NCBI GenBank assembly: GCA_029882215.1
Contig: JAOULC010000016.1
Coordinates: 990 to 64,989 of the forward strand
Direction of reading: 5' to 3'
Length of the DNA: 64,000 bases
DNA from: Gammaproteobacteria bacterium
Lineage (GTDB): Bacteria > Pseudomonadota > Gammaproteobacteria > SZUA-229
The notes below the pieces were generated by a model that was not told the DNA's origin, ran no database searches, and worked only from the letters and a program-made list of their open reading frames with translations. Numbering within the stretch: position 1 is the stretch's first letter; the number at the start of each line of letters is the position of its first letter. Both the position numbers and the translations under genes were made by a program. Of the stretch, positions 13,560 through 23,806 are shown piece after piece.

Positions 13560-14549
13560 TCAGGAAGCCAGCTGTTCAGTGGCTTCGGCTGGCTTATACT
13601 GACTCGGCTTGATACCCAGTTTTTTCATCAGCATCAGATCATGATTTTCATCGGGATTTTCAGTGGTGAGTAATTTATCACCGTAAAAAATAGAGTTCGC
13701 ACCGGCAAAAAAGCATAATGCCTGTGTTTCATCACTCATTTCACTGCGCCCGGCCGACAACCGCACATATGACTTCGGCATGATGATACGTGCCACCGCA
13801 ATCGTGCGAATGAACTCAATATGATCAAGCTTATCGGCATTGAATAAAGGCGTGCCCTCGACCTGAACCAGCATATTAATCGGTACACTTTGTGGATGGG
13901 TTGGCAGGTTGGCCAGCTGCTGTAATAAACTGGCACGATCTTTTTCACTTTCACCCATACCCACAATGCCGCCACTGCAGACATTAATGCCGGCATCACG
14001 CACATGCTCCAGTGTGTCTAAACGGTCATCATAAGTACGGGTAGTGATCACTTTGTCATAGAACTCTGGTGAAGTATCCAGATTGTGATTGTAATAATCC
14101 AGCCCGGCTTCTTTCATGCGCCGGGTTTGATCAGCCGTCAGCATACCCAGCGTCACACAGGTTTCCATACCCAGACCTTTAACCGCCTTAACCATCTCGA
14201 TGACTTTATCTAAATTTTTGTCGGTTGGATTGCGCCAGGCCGCACCCATGCAAAACCGTGATGAGCCTGCCGCCTTTGCTTCTGCTGCCTGCTCAATCAC
14301 GTCCTGCAGGGGTAGTAAACGCTCCTTTTCCAGACTGGTGTCGTATTTTGAACTTTGTGAACAATAACCACAGTCTTCAGGACAGGCGCCGGTTTTAATG
14401 CTTAGCAGCGTACTAATCTGAACTTCATTCGGATCAAAGTTTTCACGCTGGATTGTTTGTGCTTTAAATAATAAATCATTAAATGGCATTTCCAGCAGCG
14501 CTGTAATCTCACTCAACTGCCAGTCATGGCGAATTGATGCATTAGTCAT
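13560..14549 (-). CDS. bioB: Biotin synthase
   Basis: [11 protein letters not shown] radical SAM motif, [27 protein letters not shown]. Confidence 0.98.
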   Translation of the reverse strand: MTNASIRHDWQLSEITALLEMPFNDLLFKAQTIQRENFDPNEVQISTLLSIKTGACPEDCGYCSQSSKYDTSLEKERLLPLQDVIEQAAEAKAAGSSRFCMGAAWRNPTDKNLDKVIEMVKAVKGLGMETCVTLGMLTADQTRRMKEAGLDYYNHNLDTSPEFYDKVITTRTYDDRLDTLEHVRDAGINVCSGGIVGMGESEKDRASLLQQLANLPTHPQSVPINMLVQVEGTPLFNADKLDHIEFIRTIAVARIIMPKSYVRLSAGRSEMSDETQALCFFAGANSIFYGDKLLTTENPDENHDLMLMKKLGIKPSQYKPAEATEQLAS

Positions 14550-14955
14550 CTTGGTTACCTACGTATTCTTCAACAGTAATTTCCACATCCTGCCAGTCAT
14601 CATGACGAATGCGATATAAATCATAAAACGACCACGGCAGCATGATCATGATGCCACCCAGCCATACAGCCACATAATACCAGAGGCTTTCACGCCCACC
14701 CGGTATAAACGCGCCAACAGCAACTAGCAAACCGGTAATAAAATAAAACCGGTAGGCCGCAATTTGCGTGTAATGGCCAACTTTTTCCACCGGATGATGA
14801 CGGTTCATGGCATAAATCACCATTGAAGCACCAAACCAGAAAATCACTAACGGAAAGGGAATCAATATCGCCACAATATTACCCCAGTTAAACTGAGATG
14901 CGGTTCGGCGAGACTGCTGTGCCGTAATCGTTTTGGTATAGCTGACTTTTTCCAC
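14542..14955 (-). CDS. Hypothetical membrane protein overlapping the bioB start
   Basis: 3-4 hydrophobic segments; GTG start; 8-bp overlap with bioB. Confidence 0.65.
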   Translation of the reverse strand: MEKVSYTKTITAQQSRRTASQFNWGNIVAILIPFPLVIFWFGASMVIYAMNRHHPVEKVGHYTQIAAYRFYFITGLLVAVGAFIPGGRESLWYYVAVWLGGIMIMLPWSFYDLYRIRHDDWQDVEITVEEYVGNQDD

Positions 14956-15075
14956 GACGGTATCCGCTGGCGATCAATATGTGAATAAACCCCATTCTCA
15001 GCCACACTATTGGCCTGAAGGAGCAAGGCCGGCTATTATGCCATGCAAGGACGATTGTTTCATGGAAAATCAAAA

Positions 15076-15792
15076 ATGATTAAAGGGATTTTAAATGCGA
15101 TCTACCCGCGACGCTGCGTATTATGCATGACATCTTGCCGACAATCTGATGATAGCCCGCTGGATTTGTGCAAGGACTGTCAGAACGACCTGCCTCTGAT
15201 GGAGAGTGCCTGCTTTCAGTGCGCGATCCCCCTTCAAAACACCCTTGAAGCTCAGCGTTGTGGTCAGTGCTTACAAAAGCCACCGGCTTTTGATCATGTC
15301 ATCAGTTTTTATCATTACCAGCAGCCACTGATCTGGCTGATACAGCAAATGAAATTCCATAAAAGAATATTACTGGCACGACTGCTTTCACAGCTCATGG
15401 TCAGACGTTTGCAATTGCACCAAAGCCTGTCCATTCCGGATGCTATTATACCCGTTCCTTTACACCATAAAAGGCGCTATCAACGGGGTTTCAATCAGGC
15501 TGAAGAGCTTGCAAAAAGTATCGCTAAAGCACTGCATTGTCCGCTTGATTCTCACTATCTTGAACGGCATTTAAATAATCCACAACAAAGCGGACTGAAT
15601 GCCAAACAACGCAGGAAAAACGTCAAAGGTGTGTTCCGGATCAGTCATAAAACAACAAAGCATTATAGCCATGTTGCGATTATTGATGACGTGATGTCGA
15701 CAGGTAGCACGTTAAATGAAATAGCCAGAGTACTGAAAAAGTCTGGCATCAAAAAAGTTGATGTCTGGGTACTGGCAAGAGCCAGTCGTTAG
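15076..15792 (+). CDS. comF: ComF/GntX family protein
   Basis: N-terminal CxxC clusters, IPVPLH, RGFNQA, IIDDVMSTGST; divergent from the bio genes. Confidence 0.92.
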   Translation: MIKGILNAIYPRRCVLCMTSCRQSDDSPLDLCKDCQNDLPLMESACFQCAIPLQNTLEAQRCGQCLQKPPAFDHVISFYHYQQPLIWLIQQMKFHKRILLARLLSQLMVRRLQLHQSLSIPDAIIPVPLHHKRRYQRGFNQAEELAKSIAKALHCPLDSHYLERHLNNPQQSGLNAKQRRKNVKGVFRISHKTTKHYSHVAIIDDVMSTGSTLNEIARVLKKSGIKKVDVWVLARASR

Positions 15793-17561
15793 TCGCTGAT
15801 CGTTAGCGGTATTTTTTTATCTGTCTGATGAGTCTTCAGGCTTTTTGCTATCACTTTCATTAAACGACTTAAGATGATTGGTTTTTCAACCAGCGCATCC
15901 ATACCAGCCTGAAAATAACTTTCCTTTTCATCATTCATAACACTGGCTGTCATGCCAATAATGGGTGCGCGGCTTAATTTTCTTTGCTTGATAAGTCGCG
16001 TTGCAGCCACTCCGTTCAATACCGGCATATGAATATCCATTAACAAGACATCAAACTGATCCTGCATTAATACATCAATAGCTTGCTGGCCATTTTCAAC
16101 ACTCACCACAGTATGCCCATGACCTGTCATTAATGTACTCACTGCCAGCCGGCTAATATTATCATCTTCAATAACCAGTACTCTTAAACTTTCCTGCACA
16201 GCAGGAGCGCTCTCTTTGCCGGGTTTATGCGCCATTTCAACCACCGGGATTATTATATCAATGGTAAAGCAGCTACCCTTGCCTTCTGCAGACACCAGCC
16301 TGATAGCACCATCCATTTTCTTAATAATTTTACAACAGATTGCCAGCCCCAATCCCACACCCTTATTGGCAATCCGGTCTGCCGATAATTGCTGAAACAC
16401 AGCAAAAACACTTTCCTGCTTATCTTCAGGAATACCAATACCATTATCTTCAACGTCAATCAGAAAACGAAATCCCTCTTCAACATACTGACCCTGTATA
16501 CGTAACTCCACCTCACCTTCTGGTGTGAATTTAGCCGCGTTACTGATCAGATTAACCACGATTTGCTTCAGTCGCACGGCATCCACATGCAGCGCTACCG
16601 GCAAGCCGTCCTGAATATCCATACTAAAGTGAGCAGAATGATGATCGAAGATTGGCTCTACCTGATTGGCAATATCCTCGATCAGATCCCAGGTTTTGAC
16701 ATCATAAGGGTGCAGATCAAATGTACCCGATTCTATTTTAGACAGATCAAGCAGGTCATCGATTAACACCAGCAAAGAATCGCCGGAGCGTTTAATATAC
16801 TTCAGGTAACTTTGCTGCATCTCATCCAGCGGTGTATTTTCCAGTACCTGCGCCATGCTCAGAACTCCGTTCATCGGGGTCCTTATTTCATGACTCATAT
16901 TGGCAAGAAACAAACTCTTTACTTTATTGGCGGCTTGCGCTGTTGCCAGTGCACAATTGGTTTCTTTTATATTTACTTCCAGCTTCAGATTTTGCTCTCT
17001 TAACTTCTGCTCATAATCAGCCACATGCAGAGCGTGAGCACGCGCCTGTATGCTAAGAATAACTAACGCAAACATAAACGTTGCAACTGCCGTATCCGAC
17101 AACTGCAAATCAGTGACTGAGTGTGCAGTAACAACAATCGCTATCGTCACCAGAGTAAAGAAAATCCCGGCACGGATACTCAGCAGCATATACGCGGTAT
17201 AAACGGCAATATAAAACCAGACAATACGGGCTTCATCCGTCGGCACATTAAGAAAAGCGGTAACATACAACAGAAATGTTAATGTGACAGCTACCCAGGC
17301 AACCTGAGTATAATGTGATTTATTCTGCCGCAGGTACCAGATCAGGGTCATATTAATCAGCGAATAGACAAATATAACAGCAGACTGCTCGCTGCCGATT
17401 TTCATATAATTGAGGCCGCCTAAAATTGCCACGATAAGACCAAACACAACCGCGATAGTCATGAAATAATTTAATACACGAAATTTGAAAACAAGATGCG
17501 TTTCGCTTGATTGAAAGCTATGCGTGCTGTGCAGAAAGTCTCTAAAGGTCATTATTTTCAT
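15789..17561 (-). CDS. Membrane-bound hybrid sensor histidine kinase (TM-HisKA-HATPase-REC)
   Basis: FLANMSHEIRTPMNG H-box, NLISNAAKFT, DNGIGI, GVGLGLAI, REC LMDIHMP; 5-6 N-terminal TM segments. Confidence 0.93.
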   Translation of the reverse strand: MKIMTFRDFLHSTHSFQSSETHLVFKFRVLNYFMTIAVVFGLIVAILGGLNYMKIGSEQSAVIFVYSLINMTLIWYLRQNKSHYTQVAWVAVTLTFLLYVTAFLNVPTDEARIVWFYIAVYTAYMLLSIRAGIFFTLVTIAIVVTAHSVTDLQLSDTAVATFMFALVILSIQARAHALHVADYEQKLREQNLKLEVNIKETNCALATAQAANKVKSLFLANMSHEIRTPMNGVLSMAQVLENTPLDEMQQSYLKYIKRSGDSLLVLIDDLLDLSKIESGTFDLHPYDVKTWDLIEDIANQVEPIFDHHSAHFSMDIQDGLPVALHVDAVRLKQIVVNLISNAAKFTPEGEVELRIQGQYVEEGFRFLIDVEDNGIGIPEDKQESVFAVFQQLSADRIANKGVGLGLAICCKIIKKMDGAIRLVSAEGKGSCFTIDIIIPVVEMAHKPGKESAPAVQESLRVLVIEDDNISRLAVSTLMTGHGHTVVSVENGQQAIDVLMQDQFDVLLMDIHMPVLNGVAATRLIKQRKLSRAPIIGMTASVMNDEKESYFQAGMDALVEKPIILSRLMKVIAKSLKTHQTDKKIPLTISD

Positions 17562-17720
17562 CTTATCGCTGACAACTAAAAAACCATTACTTATCCCTGA
17601 CGACCATATTTACAGGATTTATATAAAATCCAGTATATCAGGGCATTCACTTAAGAAATAGCCATCAACAACAATGCTTTTCTCAGGTATCATATGCGCA
17701 AATAAATTTCAGGCCCGAGT

Positions 17721-18506
17721 ATGAGAATTGTCAGCGCTAACTTAAACGGCATCCGCGCCGCCGCACGTAAAGGTTTTTTTGACTGGTTTAAGACCCAAGA
17801 CATCGATGTACTGTGTATACAAGAGACCAAAGCCCAGGAAGAACAGCTGGAAGATGCGCTTTTCCACCCCGAGGGTTATTACTGTTATTTTCATGACGCC
17901 GTCAAAAAGGGTTATAGCGGAGTCGCCATCTATAGCCGCATAAAACCAAAAAAAGTCATAAAAGGTCTGGGCTGGTCTGATATTGATAATGAAGGCCGCT
18001 ATATTGAGGCCCAGTTTAACGGTCTGAGCGTGATTTCACTTTATATGCACTCGGGTTCCGCCAGTGATGAGCGCCAGCTGGTGAAATTTGATTTCATGCA
18101 GCGTTTCGGTGATTACATGAAAGCCTTGCGCCGCAAACAGCGTGAATACATTATTTGTGGCGACTGGAATATCGTGCACAAAGAAATCGATATCAAAAAC
18201 TGGAAAGGCAATCAGAAAAATTCAGGCTGTCTGCCGGAAGAGAGACAATGGCTTGATGAACTACTGACTCCGGAAGGCCTGGGGTATGTCGACGCCTTTC
18301 GTGAAGTCAACAAAGAGCCGCATCAGTACACCTGGTGGTCTAACCGCGGCAATGCGCGGGCTAATAATGTCGGCTGGCGAATTGATTATCAAATCATCAC
18401 ACCCAAGCTGAAGCCTAGCGTCAAAGCAGCCAGTGTATTTAAAGATGAGTGGTATTCTGACCATGCACCACTGACCGTCGACTACGATTACGACCTCAAA
18501 GACTGA
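17721..18506 (+). CDS. xth: Exodeoxyribonuclease III family AP endonuclease
   Basis: NLNGIRAA, IQETKA, GYSGVAIY, CGDWNI, WRIDY, SDHAP; catalytic residues intact. Confidence 0.92.
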   Translation: MRIVSANLNGIRAAARKGFFDWFKTQDIDVLCIQETKAQEEQLEDALFHPEGYYCYFHDAVKKGYSGVAIYSRIKPKKVIKGLGWSDIDNEGRYIEAQFNGLSVISLYMHSGSASDERQLVKFDFMQRFGDYMKALRRKQREYIICGDWNIVHKEIDIKNWKGNQKNSGCLPEERQWLDELLTPEGLGYVDAFREVNKEPHQYTWWSNRGNARANNVGWRIDYQIITPKLKPSVKAASVFKDEWYSDHAPLTVDYDYDLKD

Positions 18507-19846
18507 TGAATACTGAACCTGTAAAAAGCTGGGCCGAAGCAGCACTGGTTTATAAAAAACCGCGTGTGATCGCCATGCTGTTCCTGGGCTTCTCAGCCGG
18601 TTTACCTTTTTTGCTGGTTTTCTCAACCCTTTCGGCATGGCTGAGTGACGTTGATATCGAACGCAGCATTATCGGTTTTTTTAGCTGGGTTGGCATTACT
18701 TATTCCATTAAAGTATTCTGGGCTCCGGTGGTTGACCGGCTCCCCGTACCTTATTTAACCCGAAAACTCGGCAAACGCCGCAGCTGGATTTTGCTGGCAC
18801 AAACCGGTATTGCCAGTGGCTTGCTGGGTATGGCTCTCACCAATCCGCTGACTCATCTGCATATTACCGCCCTGTTTGCTTTACTGGTGGCCTTTTCGTC
18901 AGCCACTCAGGACATCAGCATTGATGCCTACCGGATTGAAGCACTGGACAAAATCTATCAGGGAGCCATGGCTACCACCTATGTACTCGGTTATAAGCTG
19001 GCGTTACTAGCCGCCGGTGCCGGCGCGTTATATATCGCTCATTTTAATAACTGGCCGGTCGCCTATCTCGCCATGGCCGCTTTAATGGCAACAGGCATTA
19101 TCACCACACTGGTCATCAATGAACCCTCTGTGACAAAGGACAGTGCCACGATCGAGCGTGAAGCACGGCTTGAACAGGCTTTAAAACTCGATGAAATTAA
19201 AGGCTACTCACACAAGATTTCACTCTGGTTTGCGGATGCGGTAATTGCCCCGTTTGTAGATTTTGTTGCGCGTAACGGCAAAACGGCCTTTACTATTCTG
19301 GCACTCATCGCGGTTTATAAAATCAGCGATATCACCATGGGCGTGATGGCCAATCCGTTCTATCTGGATCTTGGTTTCAGCAAAAAAGAAATCGCTGATG
19401 TCACAAAGCTGTTTGGCTTTTTTATGACCATTGCCGGTGCCGCTCTGGGTGGTATCATGGTGGTTCGTTACGGCATTATGAAGCCATTAGTCCTTGGCGC
19501 AGCCCTCATCGCTTCAACCAATTTATTATTTGCGTTTCTCGCTATTAATGAACCCAGCACCGTGTTTCTTGCTGTTGTCGTCAGTGCGGATAATTTAAGT
19601 GGCGGCATCGCCACCTCAGTCTTCATTGCTTACCTCTCCAGCCTGACTAACACCGCTTACACGGCCACTCAATACGCCCTGTTCAGTTCATTAATGACAT
19701 TACCTGCGAAAATACTCGGCGGTTTTTCAGGCATTGTGGTGGACACTCAGGGTTATTTCAGTTTCTTTGTTTACGCGGCAATACTGGGTACACCGGCTAT
19801 ACTATTAGCCATTCATCTTATGAAAAAACAGGCAACCAATGGCTAA
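18506..19846 (+). CDS. ampG: AmpG muropeptide MFS transporter
   Basis: LGFSAGLP, KVFWAPVVD, SATQDISIDAYRIE, TATQYALFSS. Confidence 0.93.
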   Translation: MNTEPVKSWAEAALVYKKPRVIAMLFLGFSAGLPFLLVFSTLSAWLSDVDIERSIIGFFSWVGITYSIKVFWAPVVDRLPVPYLTRKLGKRRSWILLAQTGIASGLLGMALTNPLTHLHITALFALLVAFSSATQDISIDAYRIEALDKIYQGAMATTYVLGYKLALLAAGAGALYIAHFNNWPVAYLAMAALMATGIITTLVINEPSVTKDSATIEREARLEQALKLDEIKGYSHKISLWFADAVIAPFVDFVARNGKTAFTILALIAVYKISDITMGVMANPFYLDLGFSKKEIADVTKLFGFFMTIAGAALGGIMVVRYGIMKPLVLGAALIASTNLLFAFLAINEPSTVFLAVVVSADNLSGGIATSVFIAYLSSLTNTAYTATQYALFSSLMTLPAKILGGFSGIVVDTQGYFSFFVYAAILGTPAILLAIHLMKKQATNG

Positions 19847-20204
19847 GCTTATTTTCAAACTCAAATCAGTTTTTGATGATGAAGCTGATGATATAAAAAC
19901 ATTATTAAGCGAAAACAAAATTGACTTTTACGAATCACCAGCCGGTAACTGGGGTATCTCAATGCATGCTTTGTGGTTAAACGATGAAACACGTTTTACT
20001 GAAGCCAAACAACTGATCCATCAGTACCAGATCGAGAGAAGCCAGCGCATTAAATTGGAAATACAAGAACAGAAAAAAAACGGCGAATTTGAAACTTTTT
20101 TTCAGCGCATGTTAAACAGACCGGTACAATTTATTGTTTACACTGCCTTCATACTTTTTATTCTCTATATATCTATCGCACCGTTTCTTGAAATGGGCAA
20201 ATAA
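19839..20204 (+). CDS. Conserved hypothetical membrane protein (DUF6164-like)
   Basis: LIFKL-V-DDEADDI, FYE-PAG-WGIS pattern, C-terminal TM; overlaps the ampG stop. Confidence 0.65.
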   Translation: MAKLIFKLKSVFDDEADDIKTLLSENKIDFYESPAGNWGISMHALWLNDETRFTEAKQLIHQYQIERSQRIKLEIQEQKKNGEFETFFQRMLNRPVQFIVYTAFILFILYISIAPFLEMGK

Positions 20205-20218
20205 CGGTTAAATAATTA

Positions 20219-20647
20219 ATGAAAATATCTGACATAGAAAAAATACGCATCGATATTCAAAGCGAAGGTATCAGCGCACTTTCTTTAATGATTTCACGCA
20301 CCGGCGATATGATGCGCCAGGGTACGGGTAACTTCCCGGCTAACGATTTCGTTGCCTGCAGTGACATTGACCCGAATATTTTTATGCAACTGATTGAGCC
20401 GCTGGATAAAAATATTTTCAGGGAGGCTGCAGTCTATGACCACCCGGACAAATCAGGCCAGCCCATTACTTATTCAGTCGCCTTTCAGGACAAAGAAGAA
20501 AAGAGCCTGATATTTGAGTTCCGTTTCGGTACACAAACACAGGATACCGGTGAATTACTACCTTATATTGAAAGCTTTATCTCCAGAGCCATCATGTTAA
20601 CCAACGACTGGTACAAGCTCGAGGAGCAGGAAGCAAACCAGCAATAA
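20219..20647 (+). CDS. Hypothetical protein
   Basis: 142-aa ORF 14 bp after the previous gene, same strand; no family recognised. Confidence 0.6.
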   Translation: MKISDIEKIRIDIQSEGISALSLMISRTGDMMRQGTGNFPANDFVACSDIDPNIFMQLIEPLDKNIFREAAVYDHPDKSGQPITYSVAFQDKEEKSLIFEFRFGTQTQDTGELLPYIESFISRAIMLTNDWYKLEEQEANQQ

Positions 20648-20771
20648 AGCCATGGCAGAGCTAAGTGTGCTTTGACTTAACGCCATACATCACCTATATG
20701 TAATGATAGATTACTTTAAACCACCGGAATTCGCAGTTAATAACTGGTAACCGAGATTTCATTGCATATTA

Positions 20772-22040
20772 ATGTCTACTAAAACAAAAAAAATACTCGT
20801 TGTCGAAGCTAACCTGACTATTAAGGACATGCTGGTTAGCCAGCTAAAACAAGAGCTGGGTATTGATGTTTCATCGGCAACCACGATGGCTGAGGCAAAA
20901 CACCTTATAGAGAATGCTCCAAAATCATACTTTCTTGCGATCTTAGACTTACACCTGGCGGATGCACCTGATGGTGAAATCGTCGATTTTATGCTGAGCA
21001 AAGGTATCCCAAGCATTGTACTGACCAGCAATAACAATGAAAAAATCCAGCATGAAGTGATCACTAAAGGTGTGATTGAACTTGCCAATAAATCCAACCC
21101 CAGTGATATTCGTTACGTCATAGACTCTTCCCGCCGCTTGCTGGAAAACTTTACCCGCAAAGTACTGGTGGTCGATGATTCTGAGGTCGCTCGCATGCTG
21201 ATTGTTGCCTTACTCGAAAAGCAGAACCTAAAGGTGTATGAGGCGATTAATGGCGTACAAGCCTTAAAGCTATTAAAAATTCATAAAGACATCAGTTTAG
21301 TCGTTACCGACTACAATATGCCTAAAATGGATGGTATGGAGCTGATATACAATATCCGCCTGGAACATTCGCGTGATGAACTCGCCATCATTGGCATATC
21401 ATCCACCGACAACAACATTGTTTCGGTCAATCTTCTCAAGTCGGGCGCTAATGATTTCATTACCAGGCCTTTTTCTCATGAAGAATTCTACTGCCGTATC
21501 AACCAGAATATTGATTCCGTTGTCAATTATAAAAAACTTAAAGATGCCTCTATCACCGATTTTTTAACCGGCTTATATAACCGCAAATACATTTTTGATG
21601 CCGGTACAAAGCTGTTTAATAATGCCCTGCGCGACAATATAAAACTAACAACCGCCATGATTGACATTGATTTTTTTAAACGAGTAAACGATGTACATGG
21701 TCACCACACCGGTGATCTCGCACTCAAACATATATCCAAGCTGTTAAGTAAAGAACTGCGTGACGGTGATATTCTTGCCCGCATGGGCGGAGAAGAATTC
21801 TGTGTACTTTGCATCAATCTGGATACCGAACATGCCGCTATGGTGTTTGAACGTATTCGCAAATCCATTCAGGATACCCCTTTAATAGTTGATAACCTGA
21901 CATTACCGATCACTGTGAGCATCGGTTATAACCCCTCACTGGGTGAGTCACTGGATCAAATGATTAATGCCGCCGACAGTGCGCTTTATCAGGCTAAAGA
22001 AACCGGTCGCAATAAAGTAGTGATCGCAGGTCAAAGCTAA
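20772..22040 (+). CDS. REC-REC-GGDEF diguanylate cyclase response regulator
   Basis: Two receiver domains (LDLHL, TDYNMP), DFLTGLYNR, DIDFFKRVND, RDGD I-site, GGEEF active site. Confidence 0.93.
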   Translation: MSTKTKKILVVEANLTIKDMLVSQLKQELGIDVSSATTMAEAKHLIENAPKSYFLAILDLHLADAPDGEIVDFMLSKGIPSIVLTSNNNEKIQHEVITKGVIELANKSNPSDIRYVIDSSRRLLENFTRKVLVVDDSEVARMLIVALLEKQNLKVYEAINGVQALKLLKIHKDISLVVTDYNMPKMDGMELIYNIRLEHSRDELAIIGISSTDNNIVSVNLLKSGANDFITRPFSHEEFYCRINQNIDSVVNYKKLKDASITDFLTGLYNRKYIFDAGTKLFNNALRDNIKLTTAMIDIDFFKRVNDVHGHHTGDLALKHISKLLSKELRDGDILARMGGEEFCVLCINLDTEHAAMVFERIRKSIQDTPLIVDNLTLPITVSIGYNPSLGESLDQMINAADSALYQAKETGRNKVVIAGQS

Positions 22041-22173
22041 CCGCAAGTCGCTTTTCTCCAGACTTTCGAGCGCCGTATTAACGCTTATTACCCCCCCCTA
22101 AACTGCTCACTTTTCTATCACCAAAACATAACCTGTGTTAGAGTGAGGTCATTTACTTAACCATAATAATGAT

Positions 22174-22398
22174 ATGACAAAGCTACTTCGTGCCGTTTTT
22201 CTAGTGATACTTTTCTCCGTTGTTTCTGCCTGCGAAATCCAGCCCGTTAAATCCTGGGAGCGCGGATATCTGGCAAAACCATCCATGCAACTGACACCTG
22301 ATGAAGTTGAGAATGGCCTTGATGAGCACATTTATTTCAGTAAAGAAGCCTCAACTGGCGGCCAGGCTGTTGGCGGCGGTGGCTGCGGTTGCAACTAA
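22174..22398 (+). CDS. DUF4266 family lipoprotein
   Basis: Lipobox VSAC, VKSWERGYLA, SKEA, C-terminal GGGGCGCN. Confidence 0.88.
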   Translation: MTKLLRAVFLVILFSVVSACEIQPVKSWERGYLAKPSMQLTPDEVENGLDEHIYFSKEASTGGQAVGGGGCGCN

Positions 22399-22404
22399 TT
22401 AAGA

Positions 22405-23712
22405 GTGATAAAGATTAACATGAAAAAAATCTCTTCAAAAAAAGTTCGCGATTCATTAACACTGGCATGTTGCAGCTTATTACATAGCGCACCCGAGGCC
22501 CGGGCAGAATTACTGAAAGACGTACAAGTCGATTCAGCGGTACTGGTTTACAGCGAGTCCGATGGTCGCGTCAGCCTGATTGAACCGGTTATAAAACTAA
22601 AATCAGAACTGGATGAAGATGAGTTCTTAAATGTTCAGCTGGTGCTCGATACACTGACCGGTGCATCACCCAATGGTGCGCAGATCTCTACTGTAGCACA
22701 GACTTTTACATCACCGTCGGGCAATAATAACTACACCATCCAGCCGGGGGACATCCCGCTGGACGATACTTTCCACGATACCCGTGTCGCGATTAGCGCC
22801 AGCCTTGAAAAGCCGCTTGACCGCCTGCGAAAGAACACTTATTCGGCCGCGTTTTCAACAGAGTACGACTTCCTGTCTTTCTCCGCCGGTTATACCTACA
22901 CGCAGGATTCACAATTTAAAGATACCACCTATATGGCCGGTGCCAGCCTGACCAGCGATACTATTGGCCCGGTTGGTGGCGCACCGATTCCCTTCGCTGC
23001 CATGCAGCCATCCGGTACTGCCTCTAAGCTAGGCGATGACAGCCGCAGCACGATCGACCTAATTACCGGTATCACTAAAGTACTGAATAAAAAGACCATC
23101 ACCCAGCTCAATTACAGCTACAGCCGGTCAAATGGTTATCATAACGACCCGTATAAAGTGGTTAGCATAGTTGATGGCAGCACTGGCCTGCCTACTTATA
23201 ATTTTAATGTTAATGGTGATTATTTATATGAGAGCCGGCCTGATAGCCGCCAGCGTCATATAGTCTACTGGAAAACAGCTCATCACCTGACGGAAGACGT
23301 GATCAATGTCGCTTACCGTTACTATCAGGATGACTGGGGCATTAGCTCGCACACGGTTGATTTTAAATACCGCTATGAATTAGCTAATCAGAACTTTTTA
23401 CAGCCGCATATCCGCTTTTACTCCCAGACCGGGGCTGATTTTTATCGCCACAGCCTGACGGATACCGAGGCATTAGCTCTTCCCGAGTATGCCAGTGCCG
23501 ATCTGCGTTTAGCCGAATTTACCGCCTTTACCGTTGGTCTTAAATACAGCCATCAGCTCGGCCCTAAGGAAATCATCAGCGGACGCGTTGAAATCATGCA
23601 GCAAACTGGCGACAGCTCACCGGTCGATGCCATAGGCGTGCAAACAACCCAGGACCTGCACCCGGATTTAACCGCGACCATCCTCCAGCTCAGTTACTCT
23701 TTTATCTGGTAA
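22405..23712 (+). CDS. DUF3570 family outer-membrane beta-barrel protein
   Basis: YSESDGRV, DTLTGASPNGA, FHDTR, RYYQDDWGI-SHT, SADLRL, C-terminal aromatic; start may be ATG 22420. Confidence 0.87.
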   Translation: MIKINMKKISSKKVRDSLTLACCSLLHSAPEARAELLKDVQVDSAVLVYSESDGRVSLIEPVIKLKSELDEDEFLNVQLVLDTLTGASPNGAQISTVAQTFTSPSGNNNYTIQPGDIPLDDTFHDTRVAISASLEKPLDRLRKNTYSAAFSTEYDFLSFSAGYTYTQDSQFKDTTYMAGASLTSDTIGPVGGAPIPFAAMQPSGTASKLGDDSRSTIDLITGITKVLNKKTITQLNYSYSRSNGYHNDPYKVVSIVDGSTGLPTYNFNVNGDYLYESRPDSRQRHIVYWKTAHHLTEDVINVAYRYYQDDWGISSHTVDFKYRYELANQNFLQPHIRFYSQTGADFYRHSLTDTEALALPEYASADLRLAEFTAFTVGLKYSHQLGPKEIISGRVEIMQQTGDSSPVDAIGVQTTQDLHPDLTATILQLSYSFIW

Positions 23713-23806
23713 TGAGTCTATTGGTATAAGCTTTTAACAAACCTTATACCAATAACAAGCCAAGGCTTTGCTATACTTCTTGGTCTTTGCTGGCTACCAA
23801 TAACTT

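Noticed and set aside
17595-17643. Imperfect inverted repeat CCCTGA...GGATTT/AAATCC...TCAGGG between the hybrid kinase and xth
   Set aside because: Could be an operator or hairpin, but it is irregular and AT-rich with no supporting second copy
17721-18506. Catabolite repression control protein Crc
   Set aside because: Similar family, but the nuclease catalytic motifs (QE, GDWN, SDH) that are altered in Crc are intact here, so it is called xth
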